From Felis catus (lineage: Eukaryota): a DNA stretch of 64,000 nt. Below are positions 39,801-51,467 of this stretch, in pieces. The stretch covers positions 99,140,001-99,204,000 of the forward strand of contig NC_058368.1 of assembly GCF_018350175.1 (NCBI RefSeq), in the 5' to 3' direction. The notes under the pieces are model-generated. The model did not search any database, was not told where the DNA came from, and saw only the letters and a list, made by a program, of their open reading frames with translations. The position numbers were made by a program, and so were the translations under genes. The stretch's first letter is position 1, and each line of letters opens with the position of its first letter.

Positions 39801-40185
39801 GAAGGAACTCCTGACTGACAGTGAGTCAAGCTGGAACAACGAAGACCAAGGGGAACAGGAGGAGGTTGAGAGTCCAGCAGAACCTCCAGCTGTAGATGAG
39901 TGTTCCAGGGCCAAGACGCCCGAATGGCTGGTGTCCCAGGATAGTGGTGTCAGGTGCATGGGCTGCTGCCGGGTCTTCCCCACCTTAGAAGTCCTCCAGC
40001 AGCACGTGCAGCATGGGATCAGTGAGGGCTTTAGCTGCCGTACTTTCCATCTTACCTTGACTTGGCTGAAGAGCAAGAAGAGCAGGATAGAGAAGAAGAG
40101 GAGGAGGAAGAGGGAGAAAGTCAGGAAGATAATGTTCCAATGCCAGAAAGGAAAGCATTTTGGCATGAAATCTTCACACAAATAA
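28063..40185 (+). CDS. FAM170A: FAM170A-family (ZNFD-like) C2H2 zinc-finger gene. Predicted join(28063..28132,29936..30070,32207..32347,34622..34735,36973..37107,38111..38260,39497..40185), 1434 nt, 477 aa. Orthologue versus paralogue unresolved.
   Basis: All introns are GT-AG and phase 1, and the joined frame has no internal stop. MKQKQKRKHLE, SEYFSCVSS, KEERLMKIYYMRVQMKRGVA and RAKTPEWLV...RCMGCCRVFPTLEVLQQHVQHGISEGFSCRTFHL match my recollection of FAM170A motifs. Confidence 0.85.
28212..28374 (+). mobile_element. Short Can-SINE in intron 1
   Basis: gggtggctcagtcagttaa...ctctctctcaaaataaataaactt-A. Confidence 0.88.
29420..29730. mobile_element. Ancient MLT1 (J/K-like) LTR fragment
   Basis: ggaagtggcacgtgccatttccactcatttctattg...aatcacgtggtc...aaatataatttagtagtatgtccagg. 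Confidence 0.55.
29936..30070 (+). CDS. Exon-2-like repeat exon A (135 nt): (A)YMNLKVLHHGHKGMAPTQDQIARGDSSSSDYFSCISSENMFAGA
   Basis: Acceptor ttttcctgtaatttctcag, donor G|GTAAGG, phase 1-1, open frame, SDYFSCISS motif. Confidence 0.78.
30787..30860. repeat. (TA)n(CA)n microsatellite
   Basis: Read directly. Confidence 0.9.
31598..31807 (-). mobile_element. Can-SINE
   Basis: polyT, gagagacagag..., ends gagccaccaagacgcccc. Confidence 0.95.
32207..32347 (+). CDS. Exon-2-like repeat exon B (141 nt): (G)IPKSHKYDPPPESSLEDSTLVSEAKDGHSELKYFSCNSSFHHHPYV
   Basis: Acceptor tttgatttcattttccag, donor G|GTAAGG, phase 1-1, open frame, YFSCNSS motif. Confidence 0.8.
33000..33600 (+). mobile_element. Highly degraded L1 ORF1-region fragment
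   Basis: A-rich; gacc ttaaagcaactagagaga and ggatgaaataaagacattcttcag resemble old L1 ORF1. Confidence 0.5.
33975..34235. mobile_element. MLT1 LTR fragment
   Basis: tgctataacattatgacaaatctagtggattaaagacaaca...gaggtcagaagtctaaaat...ataaggtaacattacaggttctggggatagg. Confidence 0.7.
34622..34735 (+). CDS. Candidate repeat exon C (114 nt), the most diverged: (E)ILNKQKETTLIGPIPRHEENNVIFSNCSFSVSDNKNT
   Basis: Weaker acceptor (gcactttaacag), consensus donor C|GTAAGT, phase 1-1, open frame, sits on the ~2.3-2.4 kb periodic spacing. Peptide similarity is weak. Confidence 0.55.
36973..37107 (+). CDS. Exon-2-like repeat exon D (135 nt): (Q/E)VLKSGEDSSHSGPSRLVQFHNQMAKVSGSEQIFGVPSPDRPIHS
   Basis: Strong acceptor ttttccttctcttccccag, donor G|GTATGT, phase 1-1. 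KS.ED...G..R and terminal IHS resemble recalled FAM170A exon 2 (KSQED...GSTR...LIHSG). Confidence 0.78.
38111..38260 (+). CDS. FAM170A: Exon-2-like exon E (150 nt): (E)VTKGQEDVPPAESCVVVPACNQAAEEKSSVSEYFSCVSSVRKLVPVDEC
   Basis: Acceptor tttattccattctccag, donor G|GTAAGA, phase 1-1. SEYFSCVSSVRKL is the closest match to recalled SEYCSCVSSSRKL. Confidence 0.88.
38611..38823 (-). mobile_element. Young felid-type Can-SINE (SINEC_Fc-like) in the last intron
   Basis: CpG-rich, near consensus; perfect 14-bp TSD tccttttacttttt at 38597-38610 and 38824-38837. Confidence 0.97.
39497..40185 (+). CDS. FAM170A: FAM170A-like large last coding exon: FAM170 conserved region, acidic stretch, C2H2 finger (39955-40014), basic tail, stop TAA 40183-40185
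   Basis: Lies in the longest ORF of the window (39478-40185). Acceptor ttttctttcctag|GA ATC CAT. Finger CMGCCRVFPTLEVLQQHVQH = C-x2-C-x12-H-x2-H spacing. Confidence 0.93.
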
Positions 40186-40186
40186 A
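40181..40186 (+). terminator. AATAAA overlapping the stop codon; possible polyadenylation signal
   Basis: CAC AAA TAA A: the hexamer contains the TAA stop. Whether it is used is unknown. Confidence 0.3.
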
Positions 40187-43100
40187 CAGACTGTTTTTCA
40201 GCCCCTAAGAGGAAGTAGAGTAGGCCTTACTCTACTGAGGGGGCTTCATCTTCTCTAAACAGCCCTAATACCCACTGTTGTTTATTTACACCCACCCCCA
40301 CCCTCACCACTATCACACACCACCCATAGGAGCAGAGACCCATTTTCACTTTTACCCACTCCTCTCCCAAGAAGGAGGAAGAAGAAGGGAGGTCACACCT
40401 TGCGGAACAGCAAGATGTTCTTGAGCCAACGAAAGAACAGTGAACACCAGTATATCATCGCCACCATTACAGTTGAGAAAAAAAAGACTCACTGGAAGGT
40501 GGCAACTGCTAGGGGCCAAATTGTAGAAGAGGTGAGGGCCCTTGGGGTAAGAGAGCACCTCAAGGGTATTTGGGATTCAGGGTTCTGAGAAAAGGTGGCA
40601 GCCAGCAGAGATGCCTCCCGAGGTTCTCCAGTAACTGTGATGATGAATTTCCTTCAGAAGAATATAGACTTGAAAGTGGAATTAATTAGTGAGAATGCTT
40701 CCTTTTTATGTCTTTTGAGGAGACAGGAGTAAAGACAGACCAGTCTGGTAGTTCAGTAGGTCAGACAAGCCTGGGCCCATCATTCCTAGGTAAACCAAAT
40801 GTCTTGGGAGTCACATCCACCCTAAATATATTCCTGGGCCTGCCTCCCTTTCAAGAGGCACAGGGCTTAGCAGGGACAAATATTGTCTCCTAGAGGAAGG
40901 GTTGGTACACAGGCCAGTCTCCCTAGGTGTGAGTGAGATCTCAGGTGTCATATTGTGAGTTGCATACCTTGAGGAATCTGCTGGGGAGTTACAACCACTT
41001 GAGAGAAACAACCAATGGAATCCTTTTTTTGTTGTTTTGTTGTTGCTGTTTTACCTCTTTGGTATATACTATTTGCCTGTAGTTCTGGTTGCTTTCTCTC
41101 AAGTGTCAGATGCAACTGGAGGAGGAGAGGGATTGAGGGTACCCTTCTGCCAAGGATCCTTTCTGGAAGCTTTTAATGTGTTGCTTCCTGGAGGATCCTC
41201 ATATTCTTTTATGAAAGTGCACAGTCCCCACATCTTATTCTTTATTTTTGCTGCAGTATCAAGTGCCTTGTTCTAAGGGATCTATAGAGGGGTTAAACAT
41301 AGATGAAACTACAAAGACATTGCAAAGCCAGCTTCACACTACAACGAATGGGTGTATGTCTTTTTAGTTAATGGGACGAAGGAAGGGCTCATTTTCCATG
41401 CTCCAGAAATCAGTTAGACTGTAGCCTGGGAATGGCCCCAAATTTTCTGAATAATGTAGAGTGAGTGAGGACTTATCACTAAAATAAGAAAAGCTGCCTT
41501 CCTCACTGAAGGGACCCTCTTCTCTGTTTTGGTTTTCTCACAGCAACAGAGACCTATGGCCCAAAGATTTCAAGTGATGGTATCCAGTACCTTCCTACAG
41601 TCTGATGGGAGCACAAAAGTTCTCGTGAGCCCCATAGCAGGGAGGGCTAGCTGTAGATGGATGTCCCTGATCCTTTGCAGCTGCTCCCAAGTTACCCTGG
41701 TAAAATGTGGTGCCCGTGTCTGGAGAAAATATCCACATGGACCTGTGAGGAGCCCGAGGAACACCAGGAATACTGTGCACTCAGGAGATCTGCAAGACAA
41801 CTTTCCTGCCCCTGCCAGCCCACCTCACCCCTCCAGGAGTCCGATGCCATTGCAGACATCTGCAAGGTTGCCTTGTGGAGAAGAGGGCGATATCCCTAGA
41901 GAAATCGTAGTACTGTGGAAAGCACATTTCTCATACCTAGACCTTTCACCGGTGCAACAGAAGGTTGATGAGGACTTGGCAGGACTCCAGGGAGGAGATT
42001 GCTAACTTAACAGAAGGTTTAAAAGGATATGTCAGTTTCTTTCCCAGTCTCAGATCTACTTGTAGCTTCTCAGGTCCCTTTCATTTAGTGGAGGCTTGAC
42101 CACCTGGCTTGTAGTCTTATTCTCTAGCCCAGCTGTCGCTCTTCAACCCACCAAATGTATTCCCCTCCTCCATACCTTCTATCCAGAATACATGTAGCAG
42201 AGCATGAACACTGACGGATACAGATGGTACAGATTGTCATCCATACCTTTTCACCCACGCATTCCCACCAACATAGTCTTTGTTAACAACTTGACTTATT
42301 TTTCGATATCTTTTTCTTTAAACGCACATATACCTTTCCCCTACCTTTCTCTAACATGCTCACCCACACAGTTATTTGCCTGGGGAGCCATTCTTATCAT
42401 TGAGACAGGAAAAGCTAGTGTACAGACGAAACCAAAAGTAAAGAAAACCCACTCCTTGGCTTTCATGAGCTCGTGCACGTGTAGGTGTACACACACTTCT
42501 TACATGATCAAAGTAGGAAGGATGGAACGTATGACAAACATCAGAGACGATCAAGTATATGTACCCAAGGGTGTCCCAAAAGTCATAGCGCACTTTCAAG
42601 CTTAATCATTTTAGAAACCTAAAAGCTACCAATTTTTGAACAATATAATTTGCATGTTGAATTATTTGCATGCCACTTAACACTGTAATAATACATTTTC
42701 AAAGATAAATTGTAATTTTTCTTTGTCATCTGCCATCTTCAGTCAGAGGGACAGATACACACAAAAAATGTTTTTAAAGCATTAGTGACAGTTCACAAAG
42801 CTATATAAGGGAAATTAAAATAGTTCAACTTTCAGATGGTGGTGTTTATAATTTGTAGCTTTTGCAGTTCTGGTATTACTAAAGCTTAAAACTGACCTAT
42901 GGCATTTGGGACACCTATATGTATATATACAGTATATCCAGGTGTGTGTAATATATATACAGATACACATCTCTTCTATATATATGTATATGTCATATAT
43001 ATATATGATTATCTTGAAACTATTTTTATGTCTATTGCCCCTATGGATATGTACATATAAGAAGTGTGTGTGTACCCGTGTGTCATAGAAGGGGTGGATT

Positions 43101-44019
43101 ATAGTTGCTTTTGCTTTCATCTGTGTAATTCTTTTTCCTGCTTCCTTTGATAAGAAGCTCTACTTTCTGGCCACAAATATATGGGCAAGTAAGTCAGACT
43201 AGTGAAGTCCTTACTTCGCTACTTGGCTTCCATGATTCACCCTGGGAATAATCATCAGTCTGGGTTGTACTGATAGCTTGGAAAATTAAAATAGAGGAGC
43301 TGGAGACTGGGGCAATTGGTGGGGAGTTCTCCTTTGTCTGCAACTCAAGGTCTATGAGCCTCTATGACTGGACACGCTTCAATTCCTCCTTTTTAGAAGA
43401 CCTGGCTGTTTTAACTATTAGTCTAATATGCTAAGCACCCCCACTAACCACTTCAATAAATTCTTGTTTTGTTTCCATTATCCTGAGTCAATTACTTTGT
43501 TTGTTACCTAATGTTTGTTACCTAATGATGCAAATCAACTTTAACATGATAATTTCTTCCATTATAATAGTTGAAATGATGTGGCCTAGAAATCAGTAAT
43601 ACATTATTATATTCCTCTGATTTTGTATTTAAACAGTAAGAGATATGCTTATACTCAGTATGTACACTTGATTAATTAGAAAAGTGCATTACAAATATTT
43701 GGGTGTATAAACAAAATGATCGGGCTTCAAAATAGTCAAACTGGACTAGATTTCTTACTGCCACTTAACATATTTGTACACTGAATCAGTGCTCTATTTT
43801 AAAAACTGGAGATCATAGTACCTAAAGTAATAGTAATTGTGAGGTGAGTAAGATACAGGTAAAAGCACCCAACTTAGTTACTCACAAATAAAATTTCATA
43901 CATTTTTAGTAACTATTTTCTTTACCTTTATCAGTAGTTTCATATGTCTGGGTAGGAATTTTTTTATATATATTATTTTAGATATGCTGAGCTTCTTAAG
44001 AACTTTTAGGGTTTTGTTG

Positions 44020-44201
44020 TTTTTTTTTTTTAGTTTAATGATTTATTTTTGTGAGAGAGAGCAGGGGAGGGGCACAGAGAGAGGGAGAGAATCTCAAGCA
44101 GGCTCCATGCTGTCAGCATAGAGCCCAACTTGGGGCTCAGACCCACAGACCATGAGATCATGACCTGAGCCGAAATCAAGAATCAGCCACCCAGGCGCAC
44201 C
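44020..44201 (-). mobile_element. Can-SINE
   Basis: Reverse SINE ending gccacccaggcgcacc. Confidence 0.92.
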
Positions 44202-44209
44202 TTAAAAAT

Positions 44210-46000
44210 CTATTAGTTTTGATATAAATACAAACTCACAAGAAGTTGCGCAAACACTCCAAAGAGGTACCATGTACCTATCACCCTGCTTCCTTCAACA
44301 TAATTGTAGTGCGTTACCAAACACAGGAAATTTATTGGAACAATACAATAAACCATCCTGTAGACCTTCCTAAGATGTCACTATTTTTACATGCGCTCAT
44401 TTCTTGTATGTTTTTATATATAATTCTATGACATTTTGTCCCTTGTATAGAATTATATACACATCATTGCAGTCAAGGTACAAAAATGCTCTGATACCAC
44501 AAAGCACTTCTCTCAAGCTGGTCATAAAGGGCACACCCATTCTCCCTTCCCCCAACTTCTGACAGCCGCCTATCTGTTCTCCATCTCTATAACTTATTTA
44601 CCTCACAAATTTCATATAAATGGAATGGTACCATATGTAAACGTCAGAGATTAGCATTTCCAACTAAACATAATTTTCTTAAGATCCAGCCAAAACGTCT
44701 GAATACTTTGATACTTCATTACTTTTATTGCTGAGTAGTATTCCATCGAGCTATGTAGAGCCATTTAACGTGTCAAGTGTTCAAAGGTGCTTTCACGTTT
44801 GTGGTGATTATAAAGCTTCCGTGACAAAGGTTTTTAATGTAGACATGAGTTTTCCCCATATAAATGCCTGAGTGTTTTTATATTAGTATAATATATGACA
44901 AATATAGATGTAAATATTTTTAAACTATTTCAGTAGATATGCAGTGGTATTTTGTGTTTTTAATTTGTGTTTCCCTATGACTAGGGATGCTGCATGTCTT
45001 TTCAGGTACTTATCATTTGCAATCTTTCTTTTGTGGATTGTGAGTATAAGACTTTTACCTATTTTTATTTATTTATTTATTTTTAATTATTTATGTATAT
45101 TTATTTTGAGGAAGAGAGAGTGCGCACAAGTGAGTGGGCAAGGGGCAGACAGGCAGAGAGAATCCCAAGCAGGCTCCGTGACACGGGCTAAACCCTATAA
45201 ACTGTGAGATCATGACCTAAACCAAAATCAAGAGTTGGTCACTTAACCGACTGAGCCACCCAGGTGCCCCCAGAATTCCAATTTTTATGAATCCAAATAC
45301 TTCAGCTATTGTCTTTTAGGGATAGTACCTTTGGTGTCATGTCTAAAAACTTGTTACCTAACTCCAGGTCCCAAAGATTTTCCCCTATGTTTTCTTCTAA
45401 AAATTTTATACCTTGCCATTTTACATGTATATCTATGATCCATTTGAGTTAATTTTTGCGTGGAATGTGAGGGTTAGATGGATGATTATGGTCACTGTTA
45501 TACATTTTTCCACCATCATTTTATATTGATATTGTAACTTTGGTCAAAAATCAGCTAGTCATATTTGTGTGGGGAACTATTTCCAAGTTCCCTATTTCAG
45601 GTCCCATCAATTTATATGTGTGTATCTCTTTGATATTCCATGCTGTTTTGGTTGCTATAGATATTGACTAATTATTAAAAATGGGTAGTGTAGTTCTTCC
45701 AATCGGTTGCTGCTTTTCCAATACTGTTTTAGCCATTCTAATTCCTTTGTGTTTCCACATAAATTTTAAGGTAAGCCTGTAAATATATACCCAATAATCT
45801 TACTGGGATATTAATAAGGCTTACATTTAATCTCTACATCATTTTGTCAAGAACTGACATCTTAAATATGCCTGGCATTCCAAAGCATGGATATTATATG
45901 TTTCTCGATTTATTTAGGTCCTCTTTGATTTTTTTTTTTTTTTATCAGTGCTTGTACTTTTCATTCTACAGACCCTGTGCAGGATTTACAAGATTGATTC
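44210..46000 (-). mobile_element. Old L1 3' region fragments, interrupted by a SINE
   Basis: catataaatggaat..., ttttattgctgagtagtattccat, tttggtgtcatgtctaaaaact..., gatccatttgagttaatttttg. Confidence 0.8.
45062..45270 (-). mobile_element. Can-SINE
   Basis: Ends ctgagccacccaggtgcccc. Confidence 0.92.
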
Positions 46001-46218
46001 ACAAGCTTCTTGAATCTGTAAATTCGCCTTCTGGGACACCAGTGGCATAAATGTCAGAACTGTTGGTATTATCCCTGTTTGTCTGAGGCTCTGTTCATTC
46101 TTTTAACATTTTTTCATTCTTTTTTTTTTTTCATAATTGAATTTCTCTTTATCTACCTTCAGATTCGCTGAATCTTTCCTTTGTCATTGTGCTCTTTGGC
46201 CCAATTCATAATTTTTAT

Positions 46219-46428
46219 TTATTTTTAAAATAATTTTTATTTATTTTGAGAGAAAGAGAGAGAGAGAGAATGCATGGGAGGGCAGAGAGAGAGAAGAGAG
46301 AATTCCAAACAGGCTCTGCGCTGACTGCAGAAATCAGCATGGGGCTCAATCTAACAAACTGTGAGATCATGACCTGAGCTGAAATTAAGAGTCAGACACT
46401 TAATTGACTGCGCCAGCCAGGTGCCCCC
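46219..46428 (-). mobile_element. Can-SINE
   Basis: TSD attcataattttta on both sides. Confidence 0.93.
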
Positions 46429-47057
46429 CCCATTCATAATTTTTAAGATGTAAGATATTGTAATATTTAGTTCCAAAATTTCCAGTTGGCTCTTACTGCT
46501 TGTATATCTTTATAATATGCTCATTTTCCACTCGTTTAGATTTGTTTATCTTTACCTCATTGACCACAGTTAATAGCAGCTGTGTTAAAGCTTTTTTTTT
46601 TTTTCTGAAAATTCCACCTGTGACATCATGAGATTGACATTTGTCAGTTATATATTACCCTGAGGGTTGATCATATTTTATGTTTCTTTGTTTTGGGGTA
46701 ATTTAGAATTGTATCTGATACATTTTCAATATTGAAGTGGAAGATTTTGAATGCTATTAAAGTTGTACGACAAATGTATTTTATATTTTTGAATGCAATC
46801 AACGTGGCTAAGTTCAGAGTGCAAATTCTTTATCATTTTATGTAGGTCATGGTTTCAGTGTCAGTTCAGTTTGCAAAGCCTTTGCTGTGCTCCTTCAGGT
46901 CCATCCTGCCTATGTGCTATGCAGGGGTTGGCACGAAATGTATACTCAAAATATTTTTTCATTCATTTTCAATCTTTAGTACAGCTTATTTGAAGCTGAA
47001 TCATAGGGACGTAGTGGATTTTTAAGGATCCTTAACTGTTGTCAAAAATATTATTCA

Positions 47058-47268
47058 GGGGCACCTGGGTGGCTCAGTCACTTGGGCATCTGACTTTGGT
47101 TTGGGTCATGATCCCGCGGTTCATGGGTTCGAGCCCCACGTCAGGCTCTGTGCTGACAGCTCAGAGCCTGGAGCCTGCTTCAGATTCTGTCTCCCTCTCT
47201 CTCTGCCCTTACCCCGCTCATGCTCTGTATCTTTTTGTCTCTCAGAAATAAATAAATGTTAAAAAAAA
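47058..47268 (+). mobile_element. Can-SINE
   Basis: ggggcacctgggtggctcagtc head, A tail. Confidence 0.95.
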
Positions 47269-47520
47269 TTTTAAATATAATTCATATCAACCTTTGCAGC
47301 AACTGGTATATTTCTTCAGTGATGGAGCATAGTATGCATTCTACAAAATGATAAATATTGAAGAGTTGCCCAGTGGGTTTTGTTAATTGGGCAAATAAAA
47401 TAAAATTTCTAGCATGCTACCAAGCCCATTTTTGTCATTTACTATTATTTCCTATATGATTATTAATAATTTTAATATCTGTATGCATTTTATACACACA
47501 CACACACACACACACACACT

Positions 47521-47723
47521 ATTTTATTTTGTAGGAGAAGAGAGAGCAGAGTTGAGCAAGTGGCGGAGGGGCAGAGAGAGAGGGAGAGAAAGAGAATCCC
47601 AAACAAATCCCATGCCATCATTGCAGAGCCCTATGCAGGGCTCATTCTCACAAATCATGAGATCATGACCTAAGCCAAGATCAAGAGCTAGTTGCTTACT
47701 TGACTGAGCCACCCATGTGCCCC
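47521..47723 (-). mobile_element. Can-SINE with adjacent (CA)n at ~47493-47519
   Basis: Ends gactgagccacccatgtgcccc. Confidence 0.9.
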
Positions 47724-48582
47724 TGTATGATTACATTAACTTGATTTTCCCATTTTCCTATAAAAGTATACATATAAAAGTGTACATATGGTTCTGAGAT
47801 TCACAGTCCTCCTTGTTCTTGTCTTTATTTTTCCCTCAGTTCCAATATACCTGCCATTAAGTGCAGTATAAGATAATTTTTTAAAGTCTGCTTTGTACGG
47901 TGGCAACCACAGAGTGATTTAACTATGGAAAATTATCTCTTTAGTTTAATAAAGAGCAGCTGTTTAGTTTTCCTGCATGTGTCCCATTATAAAAGATTTT
48001 CTCATAGTACAGAACCGTGCCTTCATTTTAAATCTACACTATTTTTTTTTACATTTTGTAACTTTTTCTTATGTAGCATAGAATTTTTAAAATATTTTTG
48101 CTATTACAGATAGAATGAGTTGGCAAGAGTTTGCTACATTTTTATTTTTAAAATTAAAAATTCAAATGACTCTATGTCTAATCTGTTAATCTTATTGAGC
48201 GTATTTTTTAGGTTTTATCTCTACAAGTATGATTTTTGAGTCTTTTTAATGTCTTGTATTTCTCTACTTATCATATTCAGTATTTTATTTAGTTTCTTGA
48301 CCATATGGAATATTATCATGATACATATTTTAGTATCCTTATCCACTACTCCACCTTCAGTATGGTGTCATTTCTGGACCAGTGTTGATTAATATGTGTT
48401 GTATTTTCTTGCATCTCTGTGTGCCTGGTAATTTTCATTTGGATGTCAGGCATTGTGTATTTTACGTATTGCATGCTGGAGCTTTTAAATTATTATTACA
48501 GAACTTTTCTCATAGGATAAGATCAGATTACCTGGAAACATTTTGATATGCTTGGTCTGACCTTTAAACTTTGATAGTTAAA

Positions 48583-48778
48583 GGGGTGTCTTGGTTGCTC
48601 AGTTGGTTAAGTATCCCAACTTTGGCTCAGGATGTGATATCACCATTTTTGAGTTCAAGCCCTGCATGGGGCTCTGTGCTGACAGCTCAGAGCCTGGAGC
48701 CTGCTTTGGGTTCTGTGTCTCCCTCTCTCTGCCCCTCCCCCACTCTCTCTCTGTCTCTCAAAAATAAATAAACATTAA
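48583..48778 (+). mobile_element. Can-SINE within old L1 remnants
   Basis: gggctctgtgctgacagctcagagcctggagcctgc; tail aaaataaataaacatt. Confidence 0.93.
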
Positions 48779-50594
48779 TTTTTTTTTCAAGTGAAAAAAA
48801 ATAAACTTTGTTAGGTAGAACCAAAGCTACATTTGCATGGAGTTCTAGGGTTAAATTACCTCCTTCCTGCTATTTTGGGAAGACAGTTTATACTCTAATC
48901 ATTGCCCATTGATTTATGACTTTTACACTCTGGCTATTAGGTACTGGAATCATTCTTAGCCCTGTGTCAACTACAGACACTCTTTTCTCTAGTCCTTTCA
49001 GGGCCTAAATTTTTTTTTCTAGTCTTGACTAATTTCATTACATGTATTCCTGGATTAGTACTCAGCTGAATATTTGACTACTGCATAAATCCAGACTCCT
49101 CTCTCTGTGCAGCTCTCTTCTCTTTTTCCCGTGTCTTACAAACTCTAGGTTCACTGGATTCCTTGTTTTCTCAACTCTGTGTCAACCTTAAGGTGTCCAG
49201 CAGGCTCTACATGGGTGTTCCCTCCCTTCACCTTGAAATTTCTACTGGGAAGTAGGATGGAGCATTTTAAGGGTTTGCTTTATTAGTTTCCTGTCTCTCA
49301 AATATTACTGTTTTTCACTGCCAGATATTTTAAGCGCCGTTATATATTTTGCCTATTTTTTATTGTTTTAGGCCAGTGAGTAATCTGGCCCCTATTACCC
49401 CTTATTTTAATTATAAATTTTATTTTTATCAAAGTAAGTGATAATAATTCAAATAATTATATAAATTATGAAAGTAATCTTGCAAGTTTTATGCTAAAAC
49501 ATGTTTTCCATCCTTTTAGTTTTTTTGGCATTTATTGCCATATGTTTAGATAACATGCCTTTGCAGGTCCTTAGTAATTTTTAGACTAATAAATTCATTC
49601 ATATTTGATTGTCCATTATTTATAACATTTACTTAAACACTTTTGTGTATACATGTGCCTGCACAAACACACAGATTTCTCTTGGTTCCATTTTTGCTGA
49701 CTTACATTCTCTAATCTTTGGATTTGAAGGCTTGATTTGACTGAATCAGGATTATTTGCTTTATTACAGCTCCATAATTTTTCTTCCCTAAAAAGACATG
49801 TAATTATATAATGACATTTCTTCTGTTTACAGCTACTTTTTTTATTTTTTTTCCATTTCTAGTTCATTAAGCCTTGCCCAATTATTCAACAGTACTAAAA
49901 ACCTTTTTGAATGCCACTTCTTACATATTCACAACCATCAGATGAACAGCCTCATGTTTTCCTTTGAGGCATTCCACCTACAGTCCTTCATCTCTGAGAA
50001 ACAATCTGGAATAGTTACTTGCCAGATCTGCACAAATATACTCATGGGATGTATTTTCAGTGCTCTTCTTGGGAGCTATGCTTGATGGATCCCAGGTCTA
50101 TCTTTGTTTGGGTCTACTCCCTTGTTTTAGTGGAGTAAAACTTCCGGGAGTTTTCTAAGAAAGAGTGTGTTTGGAGAGCTTACATGTCTGAAAATGCTTT
50201 TATCATTTGCATTTCACTGATGGTTTGGCTTTTAAATGTTTTAGAGTGAGTCATAAAAGGTTTCTTGGAACTGCTATGATCCTATGCAAGATTTGTTAAC
50301 TCATGGGCTTGCCTGTGGTGTGAATGAGAGAGTACTGGCCATTTTCAATGTCAGATATGTAGGGATTTCTTTAGGGGCCTTTCCCGTCTCCAGAAAAAAA
50401 AAAGTATTAAAATCTCCAGCTTGGGAATCTGTATGCTTACCAGAATATTCTTGAGGCCAAATTGTTGGAAGAGGACTAAGTAACAATTCTGTCTGAAGTA
50501 GTTCAGTTTCCCTGTTTTCACAATGTATGTTTCCCTCCCTATTCTTACTGTTTTTGGTTTTCCTGATTTGGAAGCCAGGGAGGGTTTTCCCCAG

Positions 50595-50773
50595 AAGTGG
50601 TTCTTCAACATTACCATGCATCACAAACACCCTGAGGGCTTGATAAAACAGTTTGCAGGGACACATTTCCAGAATTTGTGTTTGGTAGTTATGGGGCCTG
50701 AAATTTGCACCTGTCACAAGTTGTGTGGTCAAGTTGATGTTGCTGGTGCTAGGACTGTACTTTGATAACCACT
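50595..50773. mobile_element. MER5A-like element
   Basis: agtggttcttcaa...tgcatcacaaacaccctgagggcttgataaaacag...gatgttgctggt...actttgataaccactg. Confidence 0.75.
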
Positions 50774-51254
50774 GTCCTACACGAACCTTGCAAATGTTAT
50801 GTAATATTTTACTGAAATACATAAAATTTCTCTTGCACATATTTCTCAGTATAATTTATTAAAATACATTAGCAAAATGTGCCAATCCCATGTATCCCAA
50901 TGAGGGATCATTACCTGTTTGGGTAGTTTTAAGACTTTAAAGGAGAAAGTTGACCACTTGTCTCTCAGAGTTCCTGATGGGAAGTCACTTCTTCATGACA
51001 AAAGATTACAACTTTCGTAATTTGTGATTACAACTATGAGCTCTGGCACCAGGCATCTAGGATCTTTTTTTTCTGTAAACTTAAGCTAAATATGCTCTCT
51101 TCTTAATGTCCACCATCCCTTCTGGGGATAGTTCAATAAATTGTACAACTTGATGTTATTGTGAAAATTTCATAAGATTATCAATATGAATATTTAGTAC
51201 AGAACCAAAACCTGGCCCACAGTGGGGTTTCCTTTTAAAAAAATGTTTATTTTA

Positions 51255-51467
51255 GGGGCGCCTGGGTGGCTCAGTCGGTTGGGCGTCCGACTTCGGCTCA
51301 GGTCATGATCTTGCGGTCCGTGAGTTCGAGCCCCGCATCGGGCTCTGAGCTGACAGCTCAGAGCCTGGAGCCTGTTTCAGATTCTGTGTCTCCCTCTCTC
51401 TCTGACCTTCCCCCATTCATGCTCTGTCTCTGTCTCAAAAACGAATAAATGTTAAAAAAATTTTTTT
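51255..51467 (+). mobile_element. Young Can-SINE inserted into the tail of an older reverse SINE
   Basis: CpG-rich head ggggcgcctgggtggctcagtcggttgggcgtccgacttcgg; TSD aaatgtttatttta at 51241-51254 and 51468-51481. Confidence 0.96.

Noticed and set aside
39789..40181. 130-aa minus-strand ORF with a hydrophobic stretch
   Set aside because: Antisense shadow of the purine-rich coding exon.
50301..50840. 179-aa minus-strand ORF
   Set aside because: Overlaps a MER5A remnant; no recognisable protein features.
51255..51335. tRNA-like A/B boxes
   Set aside because: SINE heads, not tRNA genes.
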